Notes: generated by a model from the letters alone, not told the origin. Positions 26,701 through 42,105 are shown, counted from the first letter of the whole stretch. The stretch: DNA of 63,990 nt, filler included, from Cercozoa sp. M6MM (GCA_040357565.1; 8 parts of 8 records of this genome joined end to end with filler, not necessarily neighbours in it), one strand, 5' to 3'. Translations and numbers: made by a program.

Positions 26701-27546
26701 CACCTTGGGGTCTCCTTTCTTTGCATCGACAGCGTATGTGCGTCTGTGGCAGACAAGAAGCGCAGTGTATCACTTCAATTCAAGCCGGTAATGTCGCTGA
26801 TGACTTTCGACGGTGCTGCGCCGTCCGATGTGGTCACCCTGCTCGACACCGATGATGCCAATCGAGAGGATACCGGCGCTAGCAGTGTTCCTGCAACCGT
26901 GCCCGATTCCGATGCTGTCGGTGGCATTCGCTGGCAGTCGCAATCGGTCGGTCCTGTCCGTGTTGGTTCCGAAGTGAACATCAGCTTCCGCATGGTACCG
27001 CTTGCTTTAACTCTCAGTGGCTGTACCTGTCGAGTTGAACTGTTGAGCAGCCTGACGGAGTGGCCAGTCTGCACTCAACGCCGACCACCGAGCAGCAGAT
27101 TCGCGTGACTGATGCGAGTGACTTGAGTCAGCTCCTGCAGGATCTGCTGAGCCACAGCAGCGGCGGCTGTGAGCTCGGTTTCGCTGTCTTCGGCTACGTC
27201 AACGGACAAGTCGCCGATGCCAGTGACTTCGAATGTCAGTGTACCTCTACTTTAAGCCCACTTCTTTCACCGCGTGACAATGGCCTAGGTACTAAAAAAC
27301 TAACTGACTATGTGTGGTACAGTGCCGCTGCGTCGCTCCATGCTGATGTTCACGTGCCGTCCGCAGCGACCTGGCACGCTCGCTCTCGCCTTCCGTGTCA
27401 GTGTCCAACCCAACAGTGACGGCGCTATCTGCGAGAGTGCCGGCATGTGGTGGAATCTCGACGTACCTGTGCTCGTCGAGCCTCCCCTCGAGGCCACCAA
27501 CGCCACCAACCACCCGAAACCTGAATTCGAACAGTCTGCAGACTGA
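23710..27546 (+). CDS. Large multi-exon hypothetical protein with a beta-sandwich-like C-terminus; start uncertain
   Basis: Regular exon/intron alternation ending MLMFTCRPQRPGTLALAFRVSV...WWNLDVPVLVEPPL...SAD*. Loosely reminiscent of TRAPP large-subunit C-termini but not assignable. Confidence 0.55.
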
Positions 27547-28162
27547 GGAGCTAGTGTTTCCGTGTATCAGCCTGGGGCAGGCCACGAGACCATGTCAGTG
27601 CACAAACTGTGTCGATAGGATTTTCGCAGAATGCGGCTTAAACGAAAGACTCGCGTGTCAAACCAAATACTAACTGCTAAAGCATTTCAAGGCTCTAAGT
27701 GGTGCTTTTTTGTCTTGCGACCACGCACTATTTCTCCCCGAACACTCGTCTTTGAGCCATCAGGTGCTGCTGCGCAGCACAGAGCTCTCTTCTCGGCTTT
27801 CAACAGATCTAAACGTAGACTCAGTTTTTCTGAATATTGTTTTTTACCATCCAGAGGCAAGAAAGGCAATGCGAGAGGTTTGTCATTTGCTTTCGAGATG
27901 TACTGAGAGGAATTAAACATCATAACTTAATAACTTCGTGTATGTAGCTCCGATTTAGGCTTCCACAAAGATGGCAATGTGTGCACCCGTCTGAGGACAT
28001 GCTGGTAGCGTTGAAGACCGCGCGAGCAGGTACACTTTCACGCTTCCGGGCTAAAACAGACGTTCATTTAACATAGACTCGTATGCGTACACATATCGGG
28101 GCTTTGATCTTAGCGCCTTAGGTGAGGATACATATATATACACATCGACTTATGTGTGTGTG

Positions 28163-28247
<85 letters not shown>

Positions 28248-28732
28248 NNNNNNNNNNNNNNNNNNNNNNNNNNNNNNNNNNNNNNNNNNNNTTAATTAAT
28301 TAANNNNNNNNNNNNNNNNNNNNNNNNNNNNNNNNNNNNNNNNNNNNGTACTGCCAGTCGAGTGATGGTCGTATCGAACCCAGTGCATACCTGCCTTAGC
28401 TACAGGCATCAACAAACCGCACGCAGTACGTACAACCAGATAAATTTACGAGTATTATGTTGAGTGAGTGATCCCAGTATTGATAATTGATTGACGATGT
28501 TGCATCGCAGAGTAGTAAGTAAGTTCACATGCACTGGCAGTGCAGGAAGTGTGGCGTGAGAGTTCAGTTCAGTGTTTGCGTTGGAAGGTGTGGCGCGGCG
28601 ATGCTTCTTCAATGTTCAAAGGGGGCCAGTCTACCTGCCAGTGCGTGCGTGCGCCACACAGAGAGTCGGTGACGGCCGAGATCTTGACAGTTGCCGTCAC
28701 GCTTGGATGAGGCGCTTGTGACTCGAGCCTAG

Positions 28733-29576
28733 CTAGACAGTGAGCAGGTCGAAGTGCACCTGGAGCAGCTCGTTGGCCACCGAGGCAGTCAGTTCTTGCT
28801 CCTTGAGAGCGCGAGTGACGGCCATGCAGGCGCGCGCCGAGCTCTGGCTGGCCGAGTCAGTTGCACGTGCCACTTGCGTGTGTCTAAGTTTACAAAAAGC
28901 CAAAGCCAAAGAGTTATACAAACATTCATGATGCAAAGAGGCAGAGAAACCAGGTACCGCTTCTCGGGCGGCACGTAGAAGGGCAACTCCTGGGCCAGGT
29001 CGTGGTAGGGCGCGCAAATTGCTGCACACGGTACCGGACAGTGCAGTGCAGTGATACCACACATAGTGCAGAGTGTCGTCATGGACACAAGGACTAAGGA
29101 CAGAACAGAAATGCACACGCACCCTGCTGAGCGGCAACCAAGGCGGCGTGCAGCGCCACCAGCGAGCCGAGGCGGCGCTGCACAGCGAGCTGCCGCTGAC
29201 GACGACGCACGCCGGCGGCGACCTGCTCGGCCACGATCGAGCCGTAGCAACGCGTGGCGCTGCAAGCGTGCGCTTCCGCCACGCGAGCGATGGACTCGGC
29301 GGCGGCCACACGAGCGATGGACTCGGCGGCGGCCACACGTTCAGCACGACGGGCACCGAAGCGCGGCCGGCTGAAGTGCAAGTGCAGGTTGAAGTGGGGA
29401 CGGTGTTTGCGGATGTATTCCGCCACGGTCTTGCGGGAAAGCTTCTGCACACAGGCACAACACACATCATCAAGCGTGAACAGTTTGCACTACAACAAGA
29501 GTAAAACAAGGTTTTAGGCACACACGGCTTGCACACCAGCAGCTGGCACGCCAACAGACACAGAGTGACTCACCAT
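28733..29576 (-). CDS. Hypothetical protein with a 27-bp exonic tandem duplication (RVAAAESIA twice); probably continues toward the spacer
   Basis: Splice-compatible exons KLSRKTVAEYIRKH..., AICAPYHDLAQELPFYVPPEKR and HTQVARATD... Confidence 0.4.
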
Positions 29577-30280
29577 TGTTGTAGTAGCAGTACTTCTTGA
29601 TCATGAAAAGACAAAAGTTTTTGGTTGATCGAAAAGTGATCAAGTGACTTGGTCCGTCACTTTTGAGGTGTGCCGTTTGCCGAGTGTGCCACCATTTCCA
29701 CCATTTCCGTGTTTTGCGCATTTTCTCCTTGCACCGTGCACCTTCAGACGGCTAACTGAGCGCAAGCACCCTGATTCACTAACGCTCAGAGCACCATGCA
29801 CTCGTTTCGCTCTAAAAGGCGCTGTGCTTCGATTTCAGAAATCTGCGCCGGCGATCGGTGTGCGCACGATTTGAAGGATTTTGAGGACTAGGGACCGACC
29901 TAAGGCCCACTCGGTGGCCTGAAGGCCGCACAATGATGCTCCACACCACCTCTGAAAGTGTCAGCTTGTGCTTAGCGTTTCCCAGATTTGTTGTTGTTGT
30001 CATCGCTTTGCTCGGCAGCGAACAAAAGGTGAGGTGAGAGTGGCCGAGAATTTCCACCCTGGGAAGTGTCCAACAAAATATGCAGAGCTTCCCACAAAGT
30101 ACCTTTGACTTCCCAGTAAAGTCCATTTGACTTCCCTGTAGGGTCCTCTCGTCTTAATTTCCTAGTAAAGTCTGGTTTTCGGGAAAGAAACAACCGCCGT
30201 CGCTCGCTATCATTAAACGACAAACCCACCAACGAGCGGCCGTCGAGGTACATGACAATCAGAGTGATACTCCGTCTAGA

Positions 30281-31057
30281 TTAATTTAGCAGTCCCAAGC
30301 GTTCAGAGTCGTGTTCCTCAAGCTCTTCGTGTTTCTCCTCCGAGTCTCGAGCGTTCTCTTCATGTGTCTGCGCGATCGACAGAAGCAACAAGGCGTGAAG
30401 CAAAGAAACTGAAAGGAGAAAGGGAAGGCACCGACAACTGAGAGGACTCGCGGCCATCGGAAACGTCAATGCGCTCCTCAACTTGGATGCTGACATTGTG
30501 CTCCAACGCGTCCTCCTCCTCTGTTTCAGCAAGTTGCTGGAATTCGTTGGTTCGATGCGGCCGTCTCTCCGTCTCGTCGCCTTGCGACTCTGCCTCGCCG
30601 ATTTCGGCTTCCCTGCAGCAACTTAGGCATGAGCAGAAACGACACAACAAACTGTGCCGCAAGACCGCAAATATAGTGTACAGTGCAGCAAGGTCCATGT
30701 CAGAAAGTAGCTTGAGCTGCTGGAGTTGTTCGTCGTCCAGCTCGATATCATCGATCGCGTCGAACACTGCCGTGGAAGACAGATGCAAACAGCTCCAAAG
30801 ACAAGAAAAAAGACCAATGCACCCTCATCGTCGAGAAAACCTTCATCCAACGACGCCATGATTCCGAGTTCTTCATCACCACGTGGCCGATCTTGCTGTC
30901 TCAGCGCTCTTCGCTCTACACAATGAAACATGATGAGTACAATAAAAACAAGGATAACAATACCCTTCCATTGAAGGAACGGTTCTTTCAGTCGCTTCAT
31001 CAGCAAGTAAAGGGCCACCAATAGCAGCACAACGACTGCAAGGACACCAACTGTCAT
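30281..31057 (-). CDS. Small protein with an N-terminal membrane anchor and an acidic tail
   Basis: MTVGVLAVVVLLLVALYLLMKR followed by Asp/Glu-rich exons ending HDSERLGLLN*. Confidence 0.55.
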
Positions 31058-31471
31058 TTCTCGTGCACCCTACGCAGCAATTCCATTTGTTGCTAGCTCC
31101 CGAAAAATGAAATGATGATCAAGTTTATCACTACCTCGAAACAACAGAACACAGTAAAAGGCTACATGCACACAGTGGCGCTGCCTTGTGTAGAACCCAA
31201 CATGACGAAAGAAAAACTTTAAGAGGGTGTTCAACCTCTCCCGGCTCAGAATATTTCGACTTGCTCTGCCTGAAGTCTGGGCTGCGCGCCGTGTCCCGAT
31301 TGCTTTCAGTGCGTTTAAAGTAAACTCTACACAAGTCTGCTCACACTACTACCGCCAGGCATTGAGTTCCACCAAGTTCAATCAAATTAATTTTTTGGTT
31401 GAGCGCAGACTTGGTTCAACTGGTGGCATCCGCGCGGACGCCAGCGTTTCTGTGCGCGACAAACCGTCAAA

Positions 31472-34400
31472 ATGGCAACGCGTGGCAAGGCGCTTAACAC
31501 CACAGGTGGCGCCCGGCGCTTCCGCTTCCAGTCGTACGCTTTTCTGAAACTCAATTTTGTGTCATCAGTATCAGTGATGGGAGGTTCTGTGCAGTTTCTC
31601 TGATCGTGTGGCGGCCATTGATGTCGGTGTCGCACGACTGCGCTCGTAAACTTTTGTTTCAGATTATAGGCTCTGTTATACGGATGCGACGCTCTGAGCA
31701 GCCGTCGGTCGGAGTTGACGAAGGAAGCTTTGATCAAGGAGGGCATTGCATCGAGTGATGTGACCACGTTTGGCCTCGAACTTCGTCGAATATTGCAGTT
31801 GGACAAGACCGTTTCGTTTGGGTACGTTGTGTGTTGTCTGAGGTTGTTAAGGGCTGTCTTGTATCTTTTGTATGTGTGCTCAGCAAGGTGGCCAAGCCGC
31901 TGCTGCCGCTGACGCACACGCTGCCACTGGTGCTGCACCACAAGCAGCTCATCGTACAGGCGTTGCTGCAGCATCTACAGGCGGCGCGACCGTCGGATGA
32001 CCGTGCTCGTGATGTTGTAGGTTGTCGTATCGCCTTCTTTCTGTCAGCATGAAGTCTACTTTTTTGTTTGACTGCGCAGGCGGACACGTCGGCGACTCTC
32101 CACTGCCTCGAACTGACCGGCATCCTGACCAAGGAGCTGCGCGACGAGATGCTGCCCTACCTGGATGAGTGTGCCGCGGCTGCAATGGCTCTCGTTGACC
32201 CACGGTACCACCTTGTACTCGCTTTCTCGAGATCTCGTCTTTGATGTTACTTCCTGTCATTGCAGATGTCCGGAACTCGTGGAAGCAGCCCTGCAGTATG
32301 TCTCGCTCTGTGTATGAGGTGTTGTATCCATGTAAATGTGTGTGTGTATCAGGTGCATTGGCATGCTGCTGAAGTTTCTGCAGCGACACTTGATGACTCC
32401 AGGCGCCATTCGCCGCCTGTACGCGCAGGTGTTCCTGCGCGTGCTGTGTGCGCACCAGCCCTTCGTGCGACAACACGCAGCCGAAACGTTTGCCTACTTG
32501 CTGCGTAGTGCTTGTGAAGTTATGTCGTCCAAGGTACGTGTTTTGCTGCTCTTAGACACCCCCCCCCCCCCGATACCCATCTGTGTAGGACCAAAAGACA
32601 GTTCTGCAGCACTTGCTGGGCGAGCGACCAGACGTCGCGCATCAGAGAGAAGTCGTCGACGGCACGGCGTCCGTGGTGTTCGAACACTTGCGCGGCGCGA
32701 ATCGGCAGCTGCACACGCAGTTCGACGATCTATTCGCGCGCTATCTCCGCGCACTGCATGCTGCCCATACGAGTACACTTTCCATCTTTCCTTTGTCATT
32801 CCCTGTTGCTCCCTGTGTCGGACTCCTTGTTACACGCACACAGAGGAGCAAGACAGCGCCTTCGCGAGTGCCGTTCTGCGCAGCGCCGTCGCCAAACTGA
32901 CCGAGCATGGCGACAAGGACTCGATTCTGCCTCTCGTGCAGGTGCCTGCGTGCTGGCTATATATGTATATACGAAGATATGATGTATGCGTGAGTGTATC
33001 CGTAGGCACTCACCACGCGCATCACGAAACTGAGCGCGTTCGCCTCGAACAAGACGGGCGACAGTGCCGATGCTGCGATTGAACAGGTGTTTTTGGCGTG
33101 TTGGTCTTGTGTTGGCCCGCATATTGATGTGAGGTTCGCTGTACAGACCGGAGTGCTGCTGGCTGCGCTGGCGCACATGATGAAGCACCGTCATCACGCT
33201 CGCATGTCTGCCGCTGCCTACTCGTTGTATTGCCTAGTCTAGCAAGCATTGCCCCATGTGCTCGTGCCTCTGTTGTATGTTTGTGGCACTGTGTTTAGCT
33301 GCGTCGAAGCCGTGTCTGTCGTCAAGAGTCAGTGGTGGCGGCAGCCACACGAACACGTCCTCGTGGCCAAGTCGCTGTGCAGCCTGCTTGACACACTGCG
33401 CAAGTGCAGGTGCTCTCTCTCTCTCTCACACACACACACACTTGCTCATGCTCATGCTTTACCTTGTTCTGTACCTCACTGTGCCTTCCTTTGACAGGTC
33501 GCATGCGAACGAGTCGGACAGCCGAGCGTTCGAAAAAGTGCTACCGCTGGCGTTTGTTTCACACGCGCCGTGCGTAGTCCCAGCGCTGCGCGAACTAGTG
33601 GCCGCCATCACGGGCACGTCGCTGCACCCCAGTACGGCGGGCACTCCGCTGCCGTCACAGCAGCACGCGCAGGTACTTGCTGCCTAGCTTTTTGCGCTGT
33701 GCACACACATATAATTTGGTGTGACCCAGGTGACCTGCGACACAGAGACACTGCAGCTGGTTTCTCCTGCACTGACGACGCTGCTGGAGGCGCGGCAAGT
33801 CGCGCTGCGCGTGCGACTGACGCTGGTGGCTGCCTTGGGCGCGCCGCAGCACGAATGCGCGCTGGCATCAATGCCGCAGCTCCGACAGGAACTGCATGAC
33901 GTCATGGTGCAGCACACGCGCGGACAAGGACACCGAGACGCGGCGCTGCTGCTGATGTCGCTGCGAGCACTGCCATGGCTGCGGGACACGAGTGCTCTGC
34001 AGGACACGGTGGCCTCGCTGTTCGACAGTCTGTGTGACGCCGTGAAGCGACAGAGCTGCAGTACTACCGAGGAGGAGACCGAGACCATGCCGATCGATAA
34101 CCTGGAGACTGCACGCAAGCGACGACACCTGTGTCTGGTCGGCGCTGCTGCCCGTGCACTACCGGGTGACAGGGTGCTGCTCAAGCTACTCGCACTGCTG
34201 AAGGAGGATGCCACCTCGAGACTCAGCGTGTCGCTGCTGGAGGCTGTGCAGTACGCCATTAACAGCGCCGATACTGAGTCGATCGGCGTCGACACTGAGA
34301 CAATGATCGCTCTGCTTCTGCCTGCTTTGTGGTACACTGCCCCTATCCCTCCAAACTCCCTGTGTACGTGTTGTACCCTGTGCAGCCACCCACACCTGAG

Positions 34401-36890
34401 ACTGCGCCGTGCCGCCATCTCGGTGCTGTGTGCCATGCCGTGCCTGTCGTACGCGGACGAGGAAGCAGGCGACTGCACGTTGCTGCAGGAGGCTGCCTCG
34501 GTGGCTCTGCATGCCGACGCCTGTATTGGTGCCGAGAACGCCGTCACACGCCCATTGACAGACGCACGCGTTGCCCTGGAGACTCGACATGTACATCACT
34601 GCCTCTCACCCTACTGTATAATCGCGCTTCCTCATACACTTGCTTTGCATGTGAGCACAGGTTCCCTTGCCGATCGCAATCGCTCTTGCGGCCGCGTGTG
34701 TTGGTAGCTTTTTTGTTGCAGACCTAGGTTGTGTGTGTGTGTGCGTGTTGTTGTTGTTGTTGTTGTTGTTGTTATGAAGGGTGTGACAGGCGTGATGCAC
34801 CTCAAGTATCGACCCCTGTGGCCGCTGGTGCAGCGTGTGTTGCGCACGCTGGCGTCGTCGGGTCGTTACGCGCTGTCAGTGTGGCGTTCTGTTCTGGTAG
34901 GCCTTCATACCCCGTTATGTACCTTTTAAATTTGTACAAATGTGTGTATGCATATAAATTGTATAGGCACCGAACCTGCGACGTCAGTTGCGCCTGGCGT
35001 CGGTGCTGCTGGAGCGACGAGGAGAGGCTGTGCTAGCCGAGTCGCTCAATGAGACAGGAGACAGCGACGACGACCTGCTACGACAGGCGCTTCGTGCAGC
35101 TGCCGCACAGGAGTGCAAGAGCACCGACGACAACACCATGCTGGTGCCTTCCTTCTATATGCACACTGTGTCTCTATAGTGTTGAGTATTTTCTGCCTGC
35201 GTGTTTTGTGTCAGGTGCAACTCTTCTCGCTGCTGCGTCCGTTGGCGCACGGCTCCTCATCGGACGGTCTGCAGCACCGGCACGCCGGCGCGGAGAAGCG
35301 TCGCAAGAAGCTGCACAACGACGATGCTGCTCTGGCCAAGCTTAGCAACAAGGTATTGGGCACAGACGAGGATGTGTGTGTTGGACAAAGGATATAGGTA
35401 AAAGCAAGTACACACGGCTTGTGTGTGCGTGTATAGATGCTGTCGCGCGACGTTACGTGTCACGCGCTGTGCGACCTGTTCGACGACTTCATGCGCAAGG
35501 AGTACTACCGCGTGTACGCGGCGCAGCTCTCCTTCGACGCTCTCGACGAGTTGTCTGACGAGAGTATCGGCGAGTCCACCGGGGATGTCGATGAGGACGC
35601 CGACAAGGGTGCTGATGAGGGCGCCAATGAGGGTGCCGATGAGGGCGCCATGCAGGACGAGGACACCAATGGTTTGGTCAGCAACTCGCGCACCGTGGCC
35701 AACACGACCCTGCTGGTAGCCGTTGATGTCATCGTGTACTCACTTGGGTCGTGTTATCTGTATGTGTGTTTGTGTGTGTGCTTGTACACAGGAGTTCCTG
35801 TCGACGCTGTCGCAGAAGGAGGTGTTGCGCCAGTTGCACAAGATGCGTCGCCGCAGTTCCGAGAGCAACAAGGGCGCGCAGGACCGTCTGCATGCCTTGC
35901 AGTCCGTTGCACTCGACCTGCTTAGTACCTCGTTTTCTTTGTGACTGTGACCCAGTCCCTTTGGGCTACCTTACTACCTCGTACCTCGGTAGGCAAGAGC
36001 GACGAACGCGTGCAGGCACTCGCAGTGACCCTGCTGGCGCACTGTGCCGACACACGTCCGGACGCTGTGTTCAAGCAGGTAGCATTCTGCCTCTCTTTCT
36101 CTCTCTCTCTCTCTCTCTTGTCTATATGCAGTGGTATACCACACACTGGGGCAGTGCGAGTCCTGGACACAACGCGATGCCGTGTGTGCTGGAATCGCGG
36201 CGCATCGCAGTGCTCTGCAGCGACTCGTCAACTGGCGCACCTTCCGCGAGCAGATGGCGACCTTCCCGCTGTCGGGAGACAACTGCCTCCTCGAGAGTCA
36301 CGAGCGTGCCATCGTGGTTCCGGTGTTGCTACGTCTGCTGACTCCGAAACTCTTGCTGCGCAAGGTATACTCTCAGACATCGTTCTTCTCCCCATACTGC
36401 GCTTACTACTCTACCCTGTCCAGGTGGGCCGGCACAAGTCGACGCCGGCGGCTCGGCGTGCCATGATCTTTGGCTACCTGAGCTCGCTCGAGGCGCAGGA
36501 GCTGCGGCCGCTCATTGACTTCTTTGCGGCGCCCTTTCTGTCCGAGGTGTGTGTTCTGTGTGTCTGTGTGTGTTGTGTGTTGTGCATGTTGTGTGTCCAT
36601 GTGTGCCGATACATGCAGGGCGGCGTGAGCACGTGCAAGACGTCGGTGTCGGCCAAGACGGGCTTTGTGCGCATCGTGCAGGACATGGCCAAGCAGCTGC
36701 GCGAGGCCTTGTACCCTTTCCTGGGCGAGCTGCTGGCGGTGCTGCGCTCCATCGTGGCCGATTCCGACGAGGTGAGCAACCCGGCGCTCGCTTTGATTGC
36801 TTCGCTCCTCGAGTCCTTCCTGAGCTGGGTACATCCAGCTACACCAACACCCATACACACAAGCATGTGTGTGTATGTGTGTATGTGTGT

Positions 36891-36956
<66 letters not shown>

Positions 36957-38522
36957 GACGAGACACTCCAGGTGGCGCACCGTACCTTGCAAGTTGCCCT
37001 GGTGAAACGCCAGCTGCTGCACCGACTGCGCACCGAGTGCGTGCAGCAGCGCAACGCTCTCTTCAGTTTCGCACTTACGTTGGTAGCTGTTTTATCCCTC
37101 CTCCGTTGCACCAAATTTATCCTTGCTGGTTTAGGCACGTGTTGGTCTGTTCTCCGAGCTGCTGGTGATGCCGGCTGCCTCGGTGTTGGCCGAAACGGTC
37201 GCACAGACGCACGGCGACAACGTCACTCTCGAGACCGATGATGTCGTGTTTGACGGTGAGGACACGGTGCTCGGTGTTCTGTTGCAGCTTGTGCAGCACG
37301 ACAAGGTGCGTTCAGTTCAGTTCGGTCACCTTGATGTGTGGAGCCTTGACTTGGCTGTGTTGGTGGTGTAGCTGACCACGTCGGTGCTGGACGGCATCGT
37401 AGAGATCCTTCACGCCGTGTTCTCGCACGCCTTTGGCGAGTTCGAAGAGGACGACACCAAGCGCCGACGACTGCAGCGCAAGCGCGAGCGTCTGGTACCT
37501 TACATCCATGCTCGTCCACTTGCTCCCATTATGTGTATATAGTATTGTGTGTGTGTGTGTGTCTTCCCTCACGACAGAAGCAGATTAGTGCGCGTGCTGC
37601 CACCGAGATCGGCAGCGACACGGCGCCGGAGACGGTGTCGCGTGCGCTGACCGAGTACCTGCTGTCGCACGTGTCGCCACTCGTGCGTGCCTTGGCTGCC
37701 ACCGTCTCGCACGAGCAGCGCATGCACCGGTACACATTCCATTCATACCCCCCCCCCCGCTTGTTCCCAGACTGGTTATTGCGTGCTTTAGGTTCGCTCG
37801 CAAGGAGCTGCACCTGTTGCTGCGATGCGACACCCTGCTGGCACTGAGTCGGCAGCGTGGCACGCAGCATGAGGTCTTCCAGCAGGCCGACGCCGAGGTG
37901 CTGGTGTCGGCGCTGCTGCCGCTGATGTGTGTACCGAGCAAGTCAAAGCAGCGACGTTTATCACCGGACACGCAACTTCTGGTGGCACGCTCGTTGCGCA
38001 ACTTTGTGCCGCTGTCGTCGGCCGAGTTCCAGGTGACTTGCCACTGGGAGAACATCATCTGTACCTGTGTATATTGTGTGCGTGCCTGCTTCGTGGACAG
38101 GCCGGTAAGCGAGCGCTGGTGGCGCGCTGGTTCGGCATCCTGCGCGATCTGCGCGTCCGCGCGGAAGTCGCGCAGTCGCTGGGCGGCATCTTTGCGCTCC
38201 ACGACGGCAGTACTGCAGGTACTGCTGTGCCAATGTGCTTGCATGCTCGCACTTGGAGTCATACTGTATGTATCTGCGCACAGAGGAGGCAGACGTGGTG
38301 GTGTCGCTGCTGCGGCAGCTGACATCGCTAGACAAAAAACACGAGCGTGTCGGTGTGTTTGCCGACATGGACGCCAAGTTCGCCGCCTATGACCGACTGC
38401 AGACCTTGCTGCTGGCTTTGGTCAATGTAACACCAGTCTCCCTCGCCTTCTCCCTCCCCTTGATTCTGTTCAATGCTGCGTATGTGTGTATGTGTGTGTG
38501 TATGTGTGTGTGTATGTGTGTA

Positions 38523-38566
<44 letters not shown>

Positions 38567-40438
38567 ACAGGAGAGCGACAGTTCCATTGCCGAGAAAACG
38601 GACGGCGCGCGTCTGCTGCCGCTGTGCTTTGCGACGCTGTTCGACATGAAGGATGCCGACTTTGCCGTGCGCAGTCGCGCCTCCCACGTGGTACTGAATC
38701 GTGCAACTATCTGACTGTCTGTGACCATCTGTATGTGCTGCCACACAGGTGTCGCTGTTTGTCAAGTATGCCGTGCACACGGACGGGGAGAAAGGCGCGG
38801 TCGCGAACCCGCTGGTGCACCTGGCGCTGGCGCCGTTTGCGCGACGCGGCGTCACGCTTCGAAACGACGACGCACGTCGCGAGGCCGTCACTTTGCTGGC
38901 GCACCTGTGTCGTGCTGCACCAGGTGCCTGTGTGTATGGACGTATGGCTGTATGGGAGTGTTGTACACCTTACCCCCCTCCCCCGCAGACCTGTTTCGCG
39001 GCCTTCGTCTGCTGTGCGACGACGACGTGGAGCAGGACTTTTTCAGCAATGTGGTGCACATCCAGCTGCATCGACGACAGCGCGCCTTGCGTCGCCTCGG
39101 CGACTTCATTGAAGCGCACCGACCGGCCGATCCGCTCGATCGCGACAGCAACAAGGGTACGTTCTTTGTCTGCTAACGCATAGCCAACACACACACACAC
39201 ACACAACACACACACACACACACACACACGCACGCAAAGTGATGTATACTATCGCATATCTGTGCACACGGGCGTAGGACTCGACGTTGTGGCCGACAGC
39301 GAGCTGGCCAACACGGTGGACGCCGCTCGCAACAGCGTCGACGAGCAGGAGGTGCTCAAGGACGACATGGGTCTCGACAAGCACAAGGAGAGCAAGGCGG
39401 CGCCACAGCAGTCCGCTGACTCTGTCCAAAGCAAGGGCGAGGGGGACAATGACGGTGAGGAAGACGACAATGCCAGTGAGGAAGAGGACGTGCAAGAGGA
39501 AGACGACGAGGACGAGACGAAGGAAGAGTTCCCACTGGGAGCACAGTCGCTCAACCTGCTGGTGTCACTCGTGACGCACATGCTCTCGGGCAGCGGCGGC
39601 GACGCCCGTATCTCGAAACGTCGTGCCACCTCGTCCTTCAAGGAGGTAGCCCCTTCCACACATACACTACCTCATTCCTGGTCAATACCTGGTCCATACC
39701 TATCCCCACCAACTACACAGGCACACGAAGGCAAAGCGAGAGGTCTACGCGACGAGGCCGTGCGTGCGCTGTCGCTGCTCACTTCGGTACGCCTTAGTGT
39801 GTGTGTCTTTGTGTCTGTGTGAGTGTGTTGTGCCGCTGTACACTGGGAGGATCCTGCACAGGTGCACAGCGTCGGTCGTTTCACGGCCATTCTGAACCGC
39901 TTCTTCCACCAGGCCATGGCCATGCGCCGGCAGCGCGAGATCGCCGGTAGTCTTTTATCCTTCGCACCCAGTGCTTTTTGCGTTTGCTGTCATGCCTATA
40001 TATATATATACCTTCTCAACAGGCGGTCTGCAAGGCGGCCGTGCGCGGTCCAAGGAGCAGGCCGAGATGCGCGAGCAGGCCTCGATGAACAGCAACGTGC
40101 AGCAGGAGCAGCACGTGCAGAGCAGTCGCGAGGCCGAGCGTCGTCTGGTGCATTTTGACTCACTTTTTACCTTAACCCCTTCCCTCACGTCTGGTGCGTT
40201 TTGACTCACCGATCTATAGGTGCGTGTGGTGTGTGCCATTGCGTCCGAGTGTCGTTTTGACGCACGCAAGCAGTCGCAGATGGAGGACGAGCAACAGCAC
40301 ACTGAGCGTGAGTACATGTGCCACCAGTTACAGCACAAGGTGCCTCTCTCTCTCTCCCTCTCTCTCCCTCTCTCTCCCTCTCTCTTTCTCTCTCCCTCTC
40401 TCTCTCTCTCCCTCTCTCTCTCTCTCCCTCCCTCTCTC

Positions 40439-40485
<47 letters not shown>

Positions 40486-41043
40486 GTCTCTGTCTCTGTC
40501 TCTGTCTGTCTGTCTGTCTGTCTGTGCGTATACCTGTCCATTTTGATCGTGATTGCTGTGATGTTGCGCAACAGGTGCTGCCGCGTCTGCTACAACTGCT
40601 GCGTGACCCACGCACACTCTCGGTCATTGACTCGCACGTCGCCGGTACTCTCTCTGTCGAAGCTTGGATTTGCGTATCGGGAGTCAGATCTGACACATGT
40701 GTACAGGCGCCATAATGTCGGTGGCACGGCGTTTGCCGGCGCACGTGTTCCGCGCGGAACTGCGCCGTCTTGTGATGATCCTGGCGCAGTCGCTGCGCAC
40801 GCGCGAGGTCTCCATTCGCGACCAGAGTCGCTCCACGCTGGTTTGTTTCGCTTTGTCTTTTTGGACTATTACACTCTATGATGTGGGTGTGTGTGCAGGT
40901 GCAACTGTGTCGTTCCGACTGCGTGGACACGTCGCACTTTGCCATGCTGGTACAGCAGCTGCGCAGTGCACTGCAGCGAGGTCACCAGGTGCATGTCCTG
41001 GCCTACACGATCCACCAGGTTTGTTGACACTGAGTGCCCATAC

Positions 41044-41095
<52 letters not shown>

Positions 41096-41349
41096 TTATG
41101 TTGCATATGCTTGTCTCCCTGCCTAGGTCTGGGAGGTTCTGGCCGAGAAGGTGCGCCGGGAGCGCGAGCAGGTGCGTCGCTTCGTCGATTGCAGCGGCGG
41201 CGGCGACGAGGACAGTGAGGATGTACAGGAAGGACCAGTATTCCGCGATCGATCGCGCGCACTGCAGGCCTGCATTGATGCCACGCTGCCTGTGTATCCT
41301 CTGTTTATTCATATGTTTATGTATACCGATATCTGATATAAACTTATAC

Positions 41350-41383
<34 letters not shown>

Positions 41384-42049
41384 ATGTGTGTTTGAATGTT
41401 GTTCTGGTGCAGGTGCATCGATGACCTGCTGGGCTCGTTGGCACTGGAGCGAGAGTCGCGTCTGGCGGCACTGCAGGAGGGCGCCAAGGGCGGCATCTCC
41501 AAGGAGGCCAAGCGTAGTCGCTCACTGGACACGCTGCAGTTGTGTGCCGAGCTGTGCGACCTGCGTCTCTTCGATGCCTCCGTGTTCCAGCCTGTCCTGG
41601 TACATACTGTACCTGTGTGTGTGGTGTGTGTGTGCGTGTGTGTGTGTGTGTGTGTGTTTTTTACAGGTGTGTTGTGGGTGCTGTTAATGTTTGTGTGTGG
41701 CTTGGTACAGGCACACTTTGCCGTGGACACCAAGAAACCGCAGCTGCGCGACGACGAGCAGATCGAGCGCACCAAGGAACGGGAGGAAGCACTGAAGGCA
41801 CTCGTCAAGCAGTACGAGGGCGACAAGGCTGCCGAGCTCGATCAGAACGACGGCAAGAAACGCGTACATTTGACCCCACATGGCCCTTTACTTTCCAACA
41901 CGAGAGTGTATGTATGTTTGTCTTTGTGCAAAGAACGTCGTCGTGGCGCGTGCACAACTGCGCAAGCTTCAGCAGATCCTGCACCGCTTTGTGGTAGACG
42001 CGTGTTATGTGTTTACACTTCTCTCTCTCTCTCTCTCTCTCTATCTCTA

Positions 42050-42105
<56 letters not shown>
